Positions 63,613 through 64,000 of a stretch of DNA of 64,000 nucleotides are shown piece by piece; positions within the stretch are counted from its first letter, which is position 1; every line of letters starts with the position of its first letter. The DNA is taken from positions 109,064 through 173,063 of IMG/VR virus record IMGVR_UViG_3300031998_000001; one strand, given 5' to 3'. Source of the stretch: a virus. Its lineage: Duplodnaviria; Heunggongvirae; Uroviricota; Caudoviricetes. A model generated the notes under the pieces. That model did not search any database. It had not been told where the DNA came from and worked only from the letters and a program-made list of their open reading frames with translations. Position numbers and translations under genes: made by a program.

Positions 63613-64000
63613 ATGAAAGGAATGGACGAGATTGTAAACGAGATAGACAGCCTTCACCCGTGCATACAGGGGAAGATTGTGTTCAAGTTCAACTGGAAGT
63701 TCGCTGATACGGCTACACCGCAGGAGAAGAAGGACGAAATTAACTTCCTGCGCTGGACAATCCACGAAGCCGTTATGAAGCACTTGGAGCATTTCGACAG
63801 GAAAAGGACGGAGGAATACTACATAGACCTTCCGTACGAGCCAGACGGGGAAGCCGAAGCAAAGCCCGACGGGACTGCGAATGATGAGATAATTGCGTGC
63901 GGTTCGGCGGAGGAACTTCGCGCGGAGTATGAAGCGGAGTGCAAAAGCGGTCGCTCGATACTTCCGTATTCCGAATGGCTTGTGGCAAGGGGACACGGCT
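63613..64000 (+). CDS. hypothetical protein, N-terminal part (runs off window)
   Basis: ORF open to the window end. Confidence 0.45.
   Translation, partial: MKGMDEIVNEIDSLHPCIQGKIVFKFNWKFADTATPQEKKDEINFLRWTIHEAVMKHLEHFDRKRTEEYYIDLPYEPDGEAEAKPDGTANDEIIACGSAEELRAEYEAECKSGRSILPYSEWLVARGHG

Noticed and set aside
1-64000. tRNA genes, expected alongside tRNA-repair enzymes
   Set aside because: I scanned for T-loop GGTTCGAATCC/GTTCGA and D-loop TAGCTCAG signatures in the larger intergenic regions (7509-7796, 47734-47894, 51024-51234). None were seen by eye. A proper tRNAscan run is needed to be sure.

Overview
This 64-kb window looks like one contiguous stretch of a large tailed dsDNA phage genome, probably a Bacteroidota phage. 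Three things point to that host. The repeated promoter cassette fits the Bacteroides sigma-A consensus (-33 TTTG-like, -7 TAnnTTTG-like). One protein carries an InlB B-repeat-like domain. An IS1595-family element is inserted in the region. Coding density is very high: about 110 genes, roughly 95 on the + strand, plus one inverted block at 51.2-57.0 kb. No capsid, portal or tail genes are recognisable, so the window appears to be an early or non-structural region, with a few terminators between the transcription units.

Genes I could recognise:
- Large terminase subunit with a 181-aa mini-intein inserted in the Walker A P-loop.
- Two peptidoglycan hydrolases: an Amidase_3 and a FlgJ-type glucosaminidase.
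- A dispersed RNA-repair toolkit: an Rnl2/Rnl5-like RNA ligase, a T4-like polynucleotide kinase/3'-phosphatase, a Tpt1/KptA RNA 2'-phosphotransferase plus a second divergent Tpt1-fold protein, a Thg1-like 3'-5' polymerase, and two Nudix hydrolases.
- An SPFH/band-7 membrane protein.
- A 20-residue tandem-repeat protein.
- A ParB-like nuclease-domain protein.
- A DUF1704/MATCAP-like protein with an HExxxH motif.

Structural and regulatory observations:
- A DnaB/gp4-like helicase gene ends inside the N-terminal 34 residues of an intein, which looks like an atypically split intein.
- A highly conserved promoter/5'-UTR cassette of about 60 bp precedes at least 12 genes.
- A 3.4-kb unit flanked by about 65-bp inverted repeats carries an IS1595 transposase plus AT-rich cargo.
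- There are several tandem and dispersed paralogue families.
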